Part shown: positions 36,257 to 49,765 of the stretch, one piece after another
Position numbering within the stretch: the first letter of the stretch is position 1
Layout: each line of letters begins with the position of its first letter
Origin: Squalus acanthias
Taxonomy: Eukaryota
DNA: 64,000 nt
NCBI GenBank assembly: GCA_030390025.1
Contig: CM059447.1
Coordinates: 48,856,001 to 48,920,000, forward strand
Direction of reading: 5' to 3'
Made by a program: the position numbers and the translations under genes
Notes under the pieces: model-generated
The model's database searches: none
What the model was told of the DNA's origin: nothing
Seen by the model: only the letters and a program-made list of their open reading frames with translations

Positions 36257-36270
36257 CCACGAGGTGGCGC
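36257..36270 (+). promoter_or_regulatory. CTCF-like motif CCACGAGGTGGCGC
   Basis: Close match to the CTCF core, in non-repeat sequence. Confidence 0.45.
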
Positions 36271-36373
36271 TGCTTCTTGTTTCTCAGGATGTACCTTCCA
36301 ATGCGATTAAAGGGATCCAAGTGGAAACAAAAACACTCAGCAGGTCAGGCAGCATCTGTGGAGAGAGAAACAG

Positions 36374-36410
36374 AGTTAACGTTTCAGGTCGATGACCTTT
36401 CATCAGAACT
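36374..36410 (-). ncRNA. Minimal type-I hammerhead ribozyme motif in a Penelope-type repeat
   Basis: AGUU-CUGAUGA-A-AGGUC auc GACCU-GAAA-CG-UU-AACU. Confidence 0.75.
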
Positions 36411-36661
36411 GCTATCCACTATTGTTTAACGGTACTCAACACTATCCCATCATCACCTTATAGAGGCCTTTAAAATGATGAAAGGTTTTGATAAGAGTAG
36501 ACACAGAGAGAATGTTTCCACTTGTGGGAAAGAGCAAAACTAGAGGCCATCAATATAAGATAGTCACCAAGAAATCAAACAGGAATTCAGAAGAAATTTC
36601 TTTACCCAGAGGGTGGTGAGAATGTGGAACTCGCTACCGTAGGGAGTAGTTGAGGTGAATA

Positions 36662-38516
36662 GAATCATAGGCTCATAGAATGGTTACAGCACAGAAGAAG
36701 GCCATTCGTGCCATCCAGATCCTAACCACTCGCTGCATAAAAAGTTTTTTCTTACGTCGCCGTTGGTTCTTTTGCCAATCACCTTAAATCTGTGTCCTCT
36801 GGTTCTCGACTCTTCCGCCAATGGGCACAGTTTCCCTCTATCTACACAGTCCAGAACCCTCATGATTTTGAACACCTCTATCAAATTTCCTCTCACTGTC
36901 TCTGCTCTAAGGAGAACAACCCCAACTTCTCCAGTCTATCAATGTAACTGAAGTCCCTCATCCCTGGAATCATTCTCGTAAATCTTTTCTGCACCCTCTC
37001 TAAGGCCTTCACATCCTTCCTAAAGTGCGGTGCCCAGAATTGGACACAATTCTCCAGTTGAGGCCGAACCAGTGTTTTATACAGGTTCACCATAATTTCA
37101 CACTTTTGTACTCTATACCTCTATTCATGAAGCACAGGACTCCGTAAGTTATTTTAACTGCTTTCTCAACCTGTCCTGCCACCTTCTACGATTTGTGCAC
37201 ATATACTCCCCCGGGCTCTCTATTCGTGCACCCTCTTCAGGATTGTACCATTTAGTTGATATGTTCTCTCCTCATTCTTTCTACCAAAATGTATCACTTC
37301 ACACTTTTCTGCATTAAATTTCATCTGCCACGTGTCCGCCCATTCCACCAGCCTGTCTATGTCCTCGTGAAGTCTATCACTCTCCTCCTCACTGTTCACT
37401 ATACTTCCAAGTTTTGCGTCACCTGCAAATTTTGAAATTGTACCCTGTACACCCACGTCCAAGTCATCAATATATATCAAGAAAAGCAGTGGTCCTAGAA
37501 CCGACCCCTGGGAAACACCACTGTGTACCTTCCTCCAGTCCGAAAAACAACCGTTCACCACTACTCTCTGTTTCCTATCACTTAGCCAATTCCGTATCCA
37601 TGCTGCCACTGTCCCTTTTATTCCATGGACTTCAACTTTGCTGGTAAGCCTATTATGTGGCACTTTGTTGAACGCCTTTTGGAAATCCATGTACACCAAG
37701 TCAACCGCATTACCCTCATCAACCCTCTCTGTTACCTCATCAAAGAACCCAATCAAGTTAGTTAAACACAATTTGCCTTTAACGAATCCGTGCTGGCTTT
37801 CCTTAATTAATCCACACTTGTCCAAGTGACTGTTAATTTTGCCCCTGATTATTGTTTCTAAAAGCTTCCCCACTACCGAGGTTAAGCTGACTGGCCTGTA
37901 GTTGCTGGGTTTATCCTTACACCCTTTTTTGAACAATGGTGTAACATTTGCAATTCTCCAGTCCTCTGGCACCACCCCCGTTTCTAAGGAGGATTGGAAG
38001 ATTATGGCCAGCACCTCCGCAATTTCTTCCCTCACTTCCCTCAGCGTCCTAGCATGCATCCCATCTGGTCCTGGTGACTTATCCTACTTTAAGTATAGCC
38101 AGCCTTTCTACTACCTCGCCTTTACCAATTTTTATCCAATCCAGTATCTCCTCTACGTCCTCCTTCACTATGTCAATGGCAACATCTTCTTCCTCGGTGA
38201 AGACAGATGCAAAGTACTCATTTAGTACCTCAGCCATACCCTCTACCTCCATGCGTAGGTCTCCTTTTTGATCCCTAATCGGCCCCACCCCTCCTCTTAC
38301 TACCCATTTACTATTTATATGCCTATAGAAGACTTTTGGATTATCTTTTATGTTGGCTGTCATTCTGTTCTCATACCCTCTCTTTGCCCCTCTTTTCTTT
38401 TCCACTTCTCCTCTGAACTTTCTATATTTAGCCTGATTCTCAGATGTATTCTCGACCTGACATATGTCATATGCGCTCTTTTTCTGCTTCATCTTACTCT
38501 CTATCTCTTTCGTCAT
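36662..38516 (-). mobile_element. Long CR1 ORF2 fragment
   Basis: ORFs 37220-38059 and 38079-38516 (WRIANVTPLFKKG, NYRPVSLTS, QHGF). Confidence 0.9.
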
Positions 38517-40156
38517 CTAGTATAGATGCATTTAAGGGGAGGCTAGATAAGCGCATGAGGGAGAAGGGAATAGAGGGTTATGCTGATAGAGTTAGATGAG
38601 GAAGGATGGGAGGAGGCTCGAGTGGAGCATAAACGCTGACATGGACTGGTTGGGCCGAATGGCCTGTTTCTGTGCTGTATATTCTATGTATTCCATCGTG
38701 TGCCTAGCATGAGAAGTGCATGCACTCTTTACAGTAACCCACACATTGATTTTAACCCATGTGGACAAAAATTGCAAGCCACTGGCAACCTGTTGCACAC
38801 TCACTTCTCACCCACGCCGAGCTCTCATGCACCCATCCAATATTTCTTGTATCCACTTCACACCTTCTCCGTGCGTTTCATTATCTGAGGTTTTATTCTG
38901 CTGATGTCTCTTCATTGCCCCACTCAGGTGACCCCTTCACATTAACAAACAGCTCCATGCTTCTCTATTATGCCGTTTGCAGGTCATTCAACCCATTGGC
39001 TTCCTCCCGGTAATCAGAGTCTCTTTTGTCTCTACAGTGGGGCTTGTCTATCTTTCAGGTTACAATTCTGAGTAAAAAAAAAGGTTATATCTGAAATATT
39101 ACTCAATCTTTTCCCTTTGCAGATTCTGACTGACCTGCTGCATATTTCTTTTCATTTACCTATCTCTTTCTCAGTCTCTCCATCTGCCGCTCGCTCTGTA
39201 TCACTGTCTGACTCTCTAGCTGTCTACCACTAAACCAAGGCTCGTCTGCCCTCTCAGGTGGACATAAAAAATCCCACGGCCACTATTTCAAAGAAACATC
39301 GAAACATAGAAAAATAGGAGCAGGAGTAGGCCATTCGGCCCTTCGAGCCTGCTCTGCCATTCAATATGATCATGGCCGATCCTCTATCTCAATGCCATAT
39401 TCCCGCTCTCTCCCCATACCCCTTGATGCCTTTTGTGTCTAGAAATCTATCTATCTCCTTCTTAAATATATTCAGTGACTTGGCCTCCACAGCCTTCTGT
39501 GGTAGAGAATTCCACAGGTTCACCACCCTCTGAGTGAAGAAATTTCTCCTCATCTCAGTCCTAGATGTCCTACCCCATATCCTGAGACTGTGACCCCTCG
39601 TTCTAGACCCTCCAGCCAGGGGAAACATCCTCCCTGCATCCAGTCTGTCTAGCCCTGTCAGAATTTTATACGTTTCAATGAGGTCCCCTCTCATTCTTCT
39701 AAACTCTAGTGAATACAGGCCTAGTCGACCCTATCCCTCCTCATATGACAGTCCTGCCATCCCAGGAATCAGTCTGGTGAACCTTCCCTGCACTCCCTCT
39801 ATGGCAAGTATATCCTTTCTTAGGTAAGGAGAACAAAACTGCACACAGTACTCCAGGTGTGGTCTCACCAAGGCCCTGCATAACTGTAGTAAGACATCCT
39901 TGCTCCTGTACTCAGAAGAGCAGGGGGAGTTCTCCCCGGTCTCCTGGGGCCAGCGTTTATCCCTCAACCAACATCACTAAAAAACAGATGATCTGGTCAT
40001 CATCACATTGCTGTTTGTGGGAGCTTGCTGTGCGCAAATTGGCTGCCGCGTTTCCTACATTACAACAGTGACCGTACTTCAAAAGTACATAAAATAAAAA
40101 CAGAAAATGTTGGAGATACTCAGCAGGTCAGGCAGCATCTGTGAAGAGAGAAACAG

Positions 40157-40193
40157 AGTTAACGTTTCAGGTCGATGACATTTCGTCAGAACT
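40157..40193 (-). ncRNA. Hammerhead motif, second copy with a stem II mismatch
   Basis: AGUU-CUGACGA-A-AUGUC auc GACCU-GAAACGUU-AACU. Confidence 0.6.
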
Positions 40194-41204
40194 GGAAAAA
40201 AGCAGGAAATGGAACAGATTTTTCAGCAAGTGTAGGGGCTGGGAAAGGAGGGAGGGGATGAAAGAACAAAAGGGAAGGCCTGTGATAGGATAGAAGGCAG
40301 GAGAGTACATCATTGGCTGTGAAGTGATTTGGGATGTCTGAAAGGTGTTATATAAATGCATGTCTCTCTTTCTTTCAGAACAAGCTGTGTCCACGCCGCC
40401 TTGCTGCTGTTTGTGCTGTCAATCAGGGGCCTAAACAACATCGCAAGATCAGAAAGCTTGAAAAAAAACTGAACTCCCAAATCCCCCCTGTCACGCTAAC
40501 CATTCTGAGTACTTTATTGTATGAATCATGTAACAGTGTATGACTGCATAACTAGTGAACCGTTTAATCCCTTGATGCCTCATTGATCATTGCCTGAGGG
40601 TAACTTGGTGTTAAAAAACTACTTATATGGTCGGTGCTAATACCTAGTCTATAAGGGTCTTTCCTCAGTGAATTTACGTGCTATAGGTTGGCCTTAGGAA
40701 GGATGTATTGGTCTTGAAGGGAGTGCAGCGTAGGTTTACCAGAATGATACCCGGGCTCCAAGAGTTAAATTACAAGGAGAGATCACACAAACTAGGGTTG
40801 TGTTCAATGGAATTTAGAAGGTTAAGGGGTGATCTGATCGAAGGTTTCAAGATATTAATGGGAACTGATAGGGTAGAGAGACAGAAACTATGTTTTTATT
40901 CGTTTATGGGATCAGGTTGTCGCTGGCCAGGCCAGCATTTATTGCCCATCCCTAGTTGCCCTTGAGAAGGTGGTGGTGAGCAGCCTGCTTGAACCGCTGC
41001 AGTCCGTGTGGTGATGGTATTTCCGCTGGTTGGGGAGCCTAGGACTAGGGGGCAGAGTCTAAAAATTAGAGCCAGACCTTTCAGGAGTGAAGTTCGAAAA
41101 CACTTCTACACACAAAGGGTGGTAGAAGTTTGGAACTCTCTTCCGCAAAAGACAATTGATACTAGATCAATTTTTAATTTTAAATCGGAGATTGATAGCA
41201 TTTT

Positions 41205-41838
41205 TTTTCTAGTCGGTCATGGGATCTGGGCGTCACTGGCAAGGCCAGCATTTATTGCCCATCCCTAGTTACCCTTGAGAAGGTGGTGGTGAGCCACTGC
41301 CTTGAACCGCTGCAGTCCGTCTGGTGAAGGTACTCCCACAGTGCTGTTAGGTAGGGAGTTCCAGGATTTTCACCCAGCGACGATGAAGGATCGGCGATAT
41401 ACTTCCAAGTCAGGATGGTGTGTGACTTGGAGGGGAACTTGGAGGTGGCGGTGTTCCCACGCGCCTGCTGCCCTTGTCCTTCTAGGTGGAAGAGGTTGCA
41501 GGTTTGGGAGGTGCTGCCGAAGAAGCCTTGGCGAGTTGCTGCAGTGCATTTTGTAGATGGTACACACTGCAGCCACGGTGCGCCGGTGGTGGAGGGAGTG
41601 AATGTTTAAGGTGGTGGATGGGGTGCCGATCAAGCGGCCTGCTTTGTCCTGGATGGTGACGAGCTTCTTGAGTGTTGTTGCAGCTGCACTCATCCAGGCA
41701 AGTGGAGAGTATTCCATCACACTCCTGACTTGTGCCTTGTAGATGGTGGAAAGGCTTTGGGGAGTCAGGCGGTGAGACACTCTCCACAGAATACCCAGCC
41801 TCTGACCCGCTCTTGTTGCCACTGTATTTATGTGGCTG
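41205..41838 (-). mobile_element. Second LINE family (CR1/L2 group) 3' fragment; other copies at 8049-8320, 12405-12638, 22640-22990 and 59100-59938
   Basis: IYKAQVRSVMEYSPLAW..IQDKAARLI RT C-terminus and polyA-like tail. Confidence 0.8.
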
Positions 41839-42649
41839 GTTCAAAGGTAGAGGAGGAGGAGGAGGAGGAGGAGGAAGAGAACGAGGGCAAGGAGGAAGCA
41901 GGCAGCAGATCCCCGGCCTGTCCATGAAGGCCTCATCAGACTTCAATTCCAGTGAACGAAACCCCAGATCCCCGTTGCTCACCACTTCCTCATCATACCA
42001 TCCCTCTATCACGGAACATCACAGCATCCTCCTGGGCACAAAGCTGAAATGAGAGCCATCACAAAACACACATTCCAAACACAATTTATAAATGTATCCC
42101 AATTCAATCAATATTACAATGTGAACTAATCCCCCTTATGCAATCCCTTAGTGTTGTCGTTCATAAGAACATAAGAACATAAGAAGTAGGAGCAGGAGTA
42201 GGCCATATGACCCCTCGGGCCTGCTCCACCATTCAATAGGATCATGGCTGATCCGAACCTAGACTCACGTCCACTTCCCTGCCCGCTCCCCATAACCCTT
42301 AATTCCCTTATCAGCTAGGAAACTGTCTATCTCCGTTTTAAATTTATTTAATGTCACAGCTTCCACAGCTCTCTGAGGTAGCAAATTCCATAGATTTACT
42401 ACCCTCTGAGTGAAGAAGTTTCTCCTCATCTCAGTTTTGAAACGGCAGCCCCTTATTCTAAGATGATGCCCCCTAGTTCTAGTCTCACCCATCAGTGGAA
42501 ACATCCTCCCCGCATCCACCCGATCAAGCCCTCTCACAATCTTATATGTTTCGATAAGATCGCCTCTCATTCTTCTGTATTCCAATGAGTAGAGGCCCAA
42601 CCTACTTAACCTTTCCTCATAAATCAACCCCCTCATCTCCGGAATCAAC

Positions 42650-44730
42650 CTTCATGTGCCTTTTCTAACTCTAGTGCTCCTACGAAGTGCTCCCCCAGTG
42701 GCTGCAGCATGGCTGGTGGCAGGCTCCTGACTTTCCGTAGGGAAAGACTACAGATGGCCTTGCAGGACGTGCTCGACCAGCTGTGGACCTAGAAGGCCCG
42801 GCTGTCGAGCGCACCAGCTCGGCATGGACAGCAGCAGTCTGGGCTGGCTGACAGGCAGCAGCAAGGGCAATGGCGGAGCGGCCTTGGCGGGAGTTGGAAT
42901 GCTGCCATCCCAAGAGAGGACAGCAGGTTCTTGATCCACTGACCCACTGCCACTCCCCCGGGGCGGCGCCTCAGCATTCCTAGCAATCTGTTGGAGGACT
43001 GACGACTGGCCTGCTGTGACACCCCCTGCGAGCCCCTTGCTACACTCATAAACCCAGCCACGATGGCAGCAGTCTGAGCTTGGCTGAGCCTGCAGGAGAG
43101 CGGTCTGCGCTTCTACTGCAGCACTGAGATGTTGGGTCGCTTCTGCCTATGCGGTCATGGAAATGGCGACATCGCCAATCACACACAGCATCATGGCTGG
43201 GTCCACAAGGTCTCTCCTGGAGTTGTCCATCATTTGCATCCTGGAAATCATGGGCTCCAAGCTCTGCGCAAAGCCCCGTCCAATGTTAGAGCCGGGCTCC
43301 TCCATGCTCCTTGACATTGCCAAGAGGCTCTCTGGCAGGCTTGCCATTGCACCTAGCATTTCGGTGTGCATGGCCCACCACTCTTCCTCTGAAGGCCGCC
43401 CCATCGAGGTCATCATCTGAGTCGTGTGCAGCCGAACTCATGTGCAAACTCACCCTCCAAGGAGCTGGCCCCTGAGCTACCCTTTCCCCCTGGCCTTGCT
43501 GCAGCCCACTCGTGCCCGGTGCCCCACCCTGTGCAGATCCCACCTCAATACTACCCTCCACATTCCGTGCAGTGCCAGTTTCTGAGCGGGTGTCAGATGC
43601 AGAGATGATGTGTCTTTTCCTTCTTCTCCTTCACTCTCCTCCGCAGCCTGGGGGACAGTCTGGTCTGCCGGCAGTTCTTGGGTATCTGAAAGCAGAAAGG
43701 CACAAGGGTTGGGTTGTGGTGCGGGTAGTGGGGAGAAAACTAGATGTCCAAGCATACACCATCAGCAGCTTGTAAGTGAGAAGAGATTGTGGGATGAGGG
43801 GTGACATGAATCTGTCATTCATGAAAGAAAGACTTATGAAATAATACTGAGTGGCCTGCGGGTGGCGCTATCCAGGGAGAGTATAAATACTCGGGCACGG
43901 GCCCAGCTTGCGCAGGACATTCTTAACAGGAACTAGTGAAGGACACAACTAGATCTCCATGTTGAAAAACAGTTGATTAAAGCTTTGTTTAACGCTTAGA
44001 CCAAGTGCCTAGTAGTTTTCTTACGTCAAGGGGGAGCTGGGATGTGAGAAGAAGGATTAGGATTGACCATACAGTAATTATCAGCAAGGCAACTTCTCCC
44101 GATGCCACGGCCTTGGTCACTTCAATGATGTTGAGCACAGACTCTTCCAGGTGGCTGAGGGTCAGTACAGCGGATTGGCCGCCCCCCCCCCCGTCCGCTG
44201 CTGTTCCCAACGGTTATGAGCCGCCTTTGCCTGCAAGAGACAGGGAGGTGTGTCAGTGAGTGTGATGCAATGTGCTTGGGCGATGTGCCTGTCATAGTTG
44301 AATAGCTGTCTGTGTGCGCACGGTGTGAGATGTGGGTGTGAGATGTTGCAGCAGTGGTAAGCTTGTGAGGGTGAAGTGAAGCCGTGCTTGGGAGGTACGA
44401 GCAGTGATAGGCAGAGATTGTTGGTAGGTGAGTGATGGGGGTGTGCTGCATTGAGCAGTGCGTGAGGCTTGTGGTGCTGCTGGTGGGATATGGCATTTGC
44501 TGACGCCTTCATTCACCTTGACCGGCCGTGTGAGGTCATTAAACTTCTTTCGGCATTGGATCCATCTCCTTGGAACCGAACTGGCGGCCGTGATGGAGGT
44601 AGCTATCTCCTGCCAGAGCTTTCCACTGGGAGCCTTGGATGGCTCCCTGCCACCCTGCGGGAACAGGACAGCCCACCTTCTTTGAATGGCCATGACCGAG
44701 GCCTCGAGTGCAGCATCCGAAAAACCATCT
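42650..44730 (-). pseudogene. PIF/Harbinger transposon relic: spliced Myb/SANT-like DNA-binding protein pseudogene
   Basis: FSDAALEA..LWQEIA..RRWIQCRKKFNDL trihelix motif (44517-44727), donor at 44516, acceptor at 44231 then AKAAHNRWEQQRTGGG with a poly-G frameshift; 5' end cut by a CR1. Confidence 0.75.
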
Positions 44731-44737
44731 TGAGATA

Positions 44738-46475
44738 TTAAGAACATAAGAAATAGGAGCAGGAATAGGCCACTTGGCCCCTCGAGCCTGTTCCACCATT
44801 TAATAAGATCGTGGCTGATCTTGGGCTCAAAGCCACTTCCCAGCCCGCTCCCCATAACCCTTCACTCCCTTATCTTGTAAAAATCTGTCTATCTCCACCT
44901 TAAATGTATTTAATGACCCAGCCTCCACGGCTCTCTAGGGCAGAGAATTCCACAGATTTACGACCCTCAGAGAAGAAATTCCTCCTCATCTCAGTTCTAA
45001 AAGGGCGACCCTTTATTCTGAAATTATGCCCCCGAGTTCTAGATTCACCCACGAGGGGAAACATCCTCTCTGCATTTACCTTGTCGAGCCCCCTCAGTAT
45101 CTTATATGTTTCAATAAGATCACCCCTCATTCTTCTAAATGCCAATGAGTATAGGCCCAACCTGCTCAACCTTTCCTCATAAATCAACCCCCTAATCTCT
45201 GGAATTAGCCTAGTGAATCGTCTCTGAACTGCCTCCAATGCAAGTATATCCTTCTTTAAATAAAGAGACCAAAACTGTACGCAGTACTCAAGGTGTGGTC
45301 TCACCAATACCCTGTACAGTTGTAGCAGGACTTCCCTGCTTTTATACTCCAACCTCCTTGAAATAAAGGCCAACATTCCATTTGCCTTTTTGATTACTTG
45401 CTGTACTTGCATGCTAACTTTTTGTGTTTCATGCACAAGGACCCCCAGGTCCCTCTGAACTGTAGCATTTTGTAATCTCTCTCCATTTAAATAATAGTTT
45501 GCTTTTTTATTTTTCTGCCAAAGTGGATAATCTCGCACTTTCCCACATTATACTCCATCTGCCAAATGTTTGCCCACTCACTTAGCCTGTCTATATCCCT
45601 TTGCAGATTCTTTGAGTCCTCTGCACCACTTGCTTTCCCACCCATCTTTGTATCATCTGCAAACTTGGCTACATTACACTCGGTCCCTTCATCCAAGTCA
45701 TTAATGTAGATTGTAAATAGTTGAGGCCCCAGCACCGATCCCTGTGGCACCCCACTAGTTACCATTTGCCAACCGGGAAATTACCCATTTATCCCGACTC
45801 CCTGCTTTCTGTTAGTTAGCCAATTCTCTATTCATGCTAATATATTACCCCCAATTCCGTGAGCTCTTATCTTATGCAGTAACCTTTTATGTGGCACCTT
45901 ATCGAATGCCTTCTGGAAATCCAAATACACCACATCCACTGGCTCACCCTTATTCACCCTGCTCGTTACATCCTCAAAGAACTCCAGCAAATTTGTTAAA
46001 CATGATTTCCCTTTCATAAAACCATGCTGACTCTGCTTGACTGATTTTCTAAATGCCCTGCTACTGCTTCCTTAATGAAGGACTCTAGCATTTTCTCAAC
46101 GACAGATGTTAGGCTAACTGGTCTATAGTTTCCTGCTTTCTGTCTCCCTCCTTTCTTAAATAGGGGTGTTACATTTGCGGTTTTCCAATCCGCTGGGACC
46201 TCTCCAGAGTCCAGGGAATTTTGGTATATTGCAACCAATGCATCCACTATCTCTGCAGCCACTTCTTTTAAGACCCTGGGATGCAGATCATCTGGTCCAG
46301 GGGACTTGTCGTCTTTTAGTCCCATTATTTTACCAAGTACTATTTCCTTAGTGACAGTAATTGTCTTTAGTTTCCCCCCTCCCTGTGGCAACTTGATTAT
46401 CCATTATTGGGATGTTGTTAGTGTCTTCTACCGTCAAGACAGATACAAAATATTTGTTCAGAGTCTCTGCCATTT
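44738..46475 (-). mobile_element. Long CR1 ORF2 fragment
   Basis: KSPGPD, NYRPVSLTS and FADD motifs across frameshifted ORFs. Confidence 0.9.
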
Positions 46476-47477
46476 CCCCGTTCCCCATTCTTGCTCTCTC
46501 TGGCCTGCGGAGCTATGTCTTCAACCTGACTGACAATGAGGTGCTGCTGCAACAAAGCACCTCCCCTTTAGGTAGTGCAGAGGCCGAGGCCAAACATTAC
46601 TGGCCAGTAGACTGCACCCGATATTGGGCCACCTATTGAGTGCTAAGCCAATCAGCAGCATGTTGAGCACTGAGATCAGCGCTAAAATCATTATAATGAA
46701 ACAGAAAGAAAGACTTGCATTTCTCCGGCGCCGTTCACACCCACCAGACATCCCAAAGCACTTTACAGCCAATGAAGAACTTTCAAAGTGTGGTCACTGT
46801 TGTAATGTAGGAAACGCAGCAGCCAATTTGCACACAGCAAGCTCCCACAAACAGCAATATGATAATGACCAGATCATCTGTTTTTAGCGATGTTAGTTGA
46901 GGGATAAATATTGGCCCCAGGACACCGGGGAGAACTGCCCCCTGCTCTTCTTCCAAATGGCTTACTCCTCCTCCTAGTTCTTAACCAGAGAGTGGTGAGA
47001 ATGTGGATCTCGCTACCACAGGGAGTGGTTGAGGTGAATAGCAGAGATGTATTTAAGGGGAAGCTGGATAAACACATGAGGGAGAAAGGAATAGAAGGAT
47101 AGGCTGATGGGGTGAGATGAAGAGGGGTGGGAGGAGGCTGGTGTGGAGCAGAAACACCGGCATGGTCCAGTTGGGCCGCATGGCCTGTTTTTGTGCTGTA
47201 CATTCGATGTAATTCTATGTCATTTTAACACTATTACCTCCCAGTGTCGAGATCCAAACCCCTTGAGCTCAGGTTAGAGGCCGAGCCACACTGCCTACTG
47301 GACCAGGGTGGTACTTCCACTTTTTGCACTAGCCATCCTTTGGATGCTGTCGAACGAGCACTGATTGCTGGCGCCTCCTTAGCAGCTTGAGTTGCTTCAT
47401 GCCACATGCACAGGGGGGCAAATAAACGAAGGAGACTTTTGGCGTTGTTACACCGGAGACATGGCACACTTAATATA

Positions 47478-48210
47478 CACTTAATGGCACAGTTTTAAAG
47501 AGTGTGCATGGAAAAGAGGGACCTGGGAGTTAGTGTGCATCGGTCCCTGAAGGTGGCAGGACATATTGAGAGAGTGGTTAGCAAAGCATATGGGATCTTG
47601 GGCTTCATAAAAGTACAAAAGTAGAGAAGTTATGCTGAACCTTAATAAAGCGTTGGTTAGGCCACAACTGGAGTATTGCGTCCAGTTCTAGTCACCACAC
47701 TATAGGAAGGATGTGAAGGCCCTTGAGAGGGTGCAGAGGAGATTTCCCAGAATGGTTCCGGGGATGGGGGATCTTAGCTACAAGGACAGGTTGGAGAAGC
47801 TGGATTTGTTTTCATTAGAGCAAAGGAGGTTGAGGGGCGATTTGATAGAGGTGTACAAGATTATGACAGGTTTGGATAGGCTAGATGGGGAAAGGCTGTT
47901 CCCACTAGTTGATGGTACAAGGACTAGGGGACACAGATTTAAGGTTTTGGGCAAGAGATACGGGGGGGATGCGAGGAAAAACTTTATTACGCAGCGAGTG
48001 GTGAGGACCTGGAATTCGCTGCCGACGGAAGTGGTGGAAGCAGAGACACTCAATGATTTCAAGGGGAGACTGGATAGGCACTTGAGGGAAATAAACTTGC
48101 AGGGCTACGGGGATAGAGTGGGGGAATGGGACTGGCTAGATTGCTCTACAGAGAGCCGGCACAGACTCGATGGGCCAATTGGTCTCCTTCTGTGCCGTTA
48201 TGCTTCTATG
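47478..48210 (+). mobile_element. CR1 3' fragment
   Basis: ORF 47713-48252 RT C-terminus. Confidence 0.85.
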
Positions 48211-48384
48211 GCGCCAAGTCAACTTAGCCTCACCACCTTGGTACAGAAATAATCCAACAGCAGGAAATCAACAAGGTCACAGACCCAAGACACTGTGGGG
48301 CCAATCTTTCTCCCAGATTACTGCTGCCTAATGGGTTCATATTCAGACACTTAGCTTTGTGTCAGACAGGTGATGCAAAGCCCC

Positions 48385-49765
48385 GAAGGCACGGTAGCCA
48401 ATGGTTGAGCGATTAAAATCAGGGATGCTCAAGAGGGCAGAATTAGAGGTGCACAGATATCTCGGGGGGTTGTGGGGCTGGAGGAGGTAACAGAGATAGG
48501 GAGGGGGCGAGGCCATGGTGTCATATTTGACCCTGAAATGAGCTTCCGACCAAATATTCGCGCCATAACTAAGGCCACCTATTTCCACCTCCACCCATCT
48601 CCGCCCCGACTTCCCCATCTGCTGCTGAAACCCTCATCCATGCCTTTGTTACCTCTAGACTTGACTATTCCAACACACTCTTGGCTGGCCTCCCACGTTC
48701 TGCCTGAGGTCATCCAAAACTCGGCTGCCCGTGTCCTAACTCACACCAAGTCCCGTTCACCCAGCAACCCTGTGCTTGCTGACCTACATTGGCTCCCAGT
48801 TAAGCAACGCCTCGATTTTAAAATTCTCATGCTTGTGTTCAAATCCCTTCATGGCCTCACAACGCTCTATCTCTGGAATCTCCTCCAGCCCCACAACCCC
48901 CCGAGATATCTGCACTCCTCTAATTCTAGCCTCTTATGCATCCATGATTTTAATCGCTCCACCATTGGCGGCCGTGCCTTCAGTTGCCTGGGCCCTAAGC
49001 TCTGAAATTCCCTCCCTAAACCTCTCCGCCTCTCTCTCCTCCTTTAAGACGCTCTTTAAAACCTACCTCTTTGACCAAGCTTTTGGTCACCTGCCCTAAC
49101 TTCTCCTTATGTGGATCGGTGTCAAATTATTTGTTTTAAAACACTTCTGTGAAGCACCTTGGGACATTTTACTACATTAAAGGCGCTATATAAATACAAG
49201 TTGTTGTTGTTGGTTGGACCACCCCTGGAGTACTGTGAGCAGTTCTGGGCACCATACATTAGGAAGGATATATTGGCCTTGGAGGGAGTGCAGCGTAGAT
49301 TTACCAGAATTATATCTGGACTCCAAGGGTTAAATTACGAGGAGTGATTACACAAACTAGGGTTGTATTCCCTTGAATTTAGATGGTTAAGGGGTGATCT
49401 GATCGAAGTATTCAAGATATTAAGGGGAACAGATCGAGAGAAACTATTTCCGCTGGTTGGGGAATCTAGGACTAGGGGGCATAGTCTAAAAATTAGAGCC
49501 AGGCCTTTCAGGAGTGAAGTTAGGAAACACTTCTACACACAAAGGGTGGTAGAAGTTTGGAACTCTCTTCCACAAATGACAGTTTATACAAGGTCAGTTA
49601 TTAATTTTAAAATTGAGATTGACGCATTGCTGTTAACCAAAGGTATTAAGGGATATGGGCCAAAGGCAGGTATATAGAGTTAGGTCACAGATCAGACATG
49701 ATCTCATTGAAGGGCGGAACAGGCTCGAGGGGCTGAATGGCTTCCTCCTGCTCCTATGTTGCTAT
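48385..49765. mobile_element. L2 fragments (inverted piece plus + strand 3' end) followed by a CR1 3' fragment
   Basis: LHWLPVKQRLDFK and (GTT)n tail, then CR1 motifs. Confidence 0.8.
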
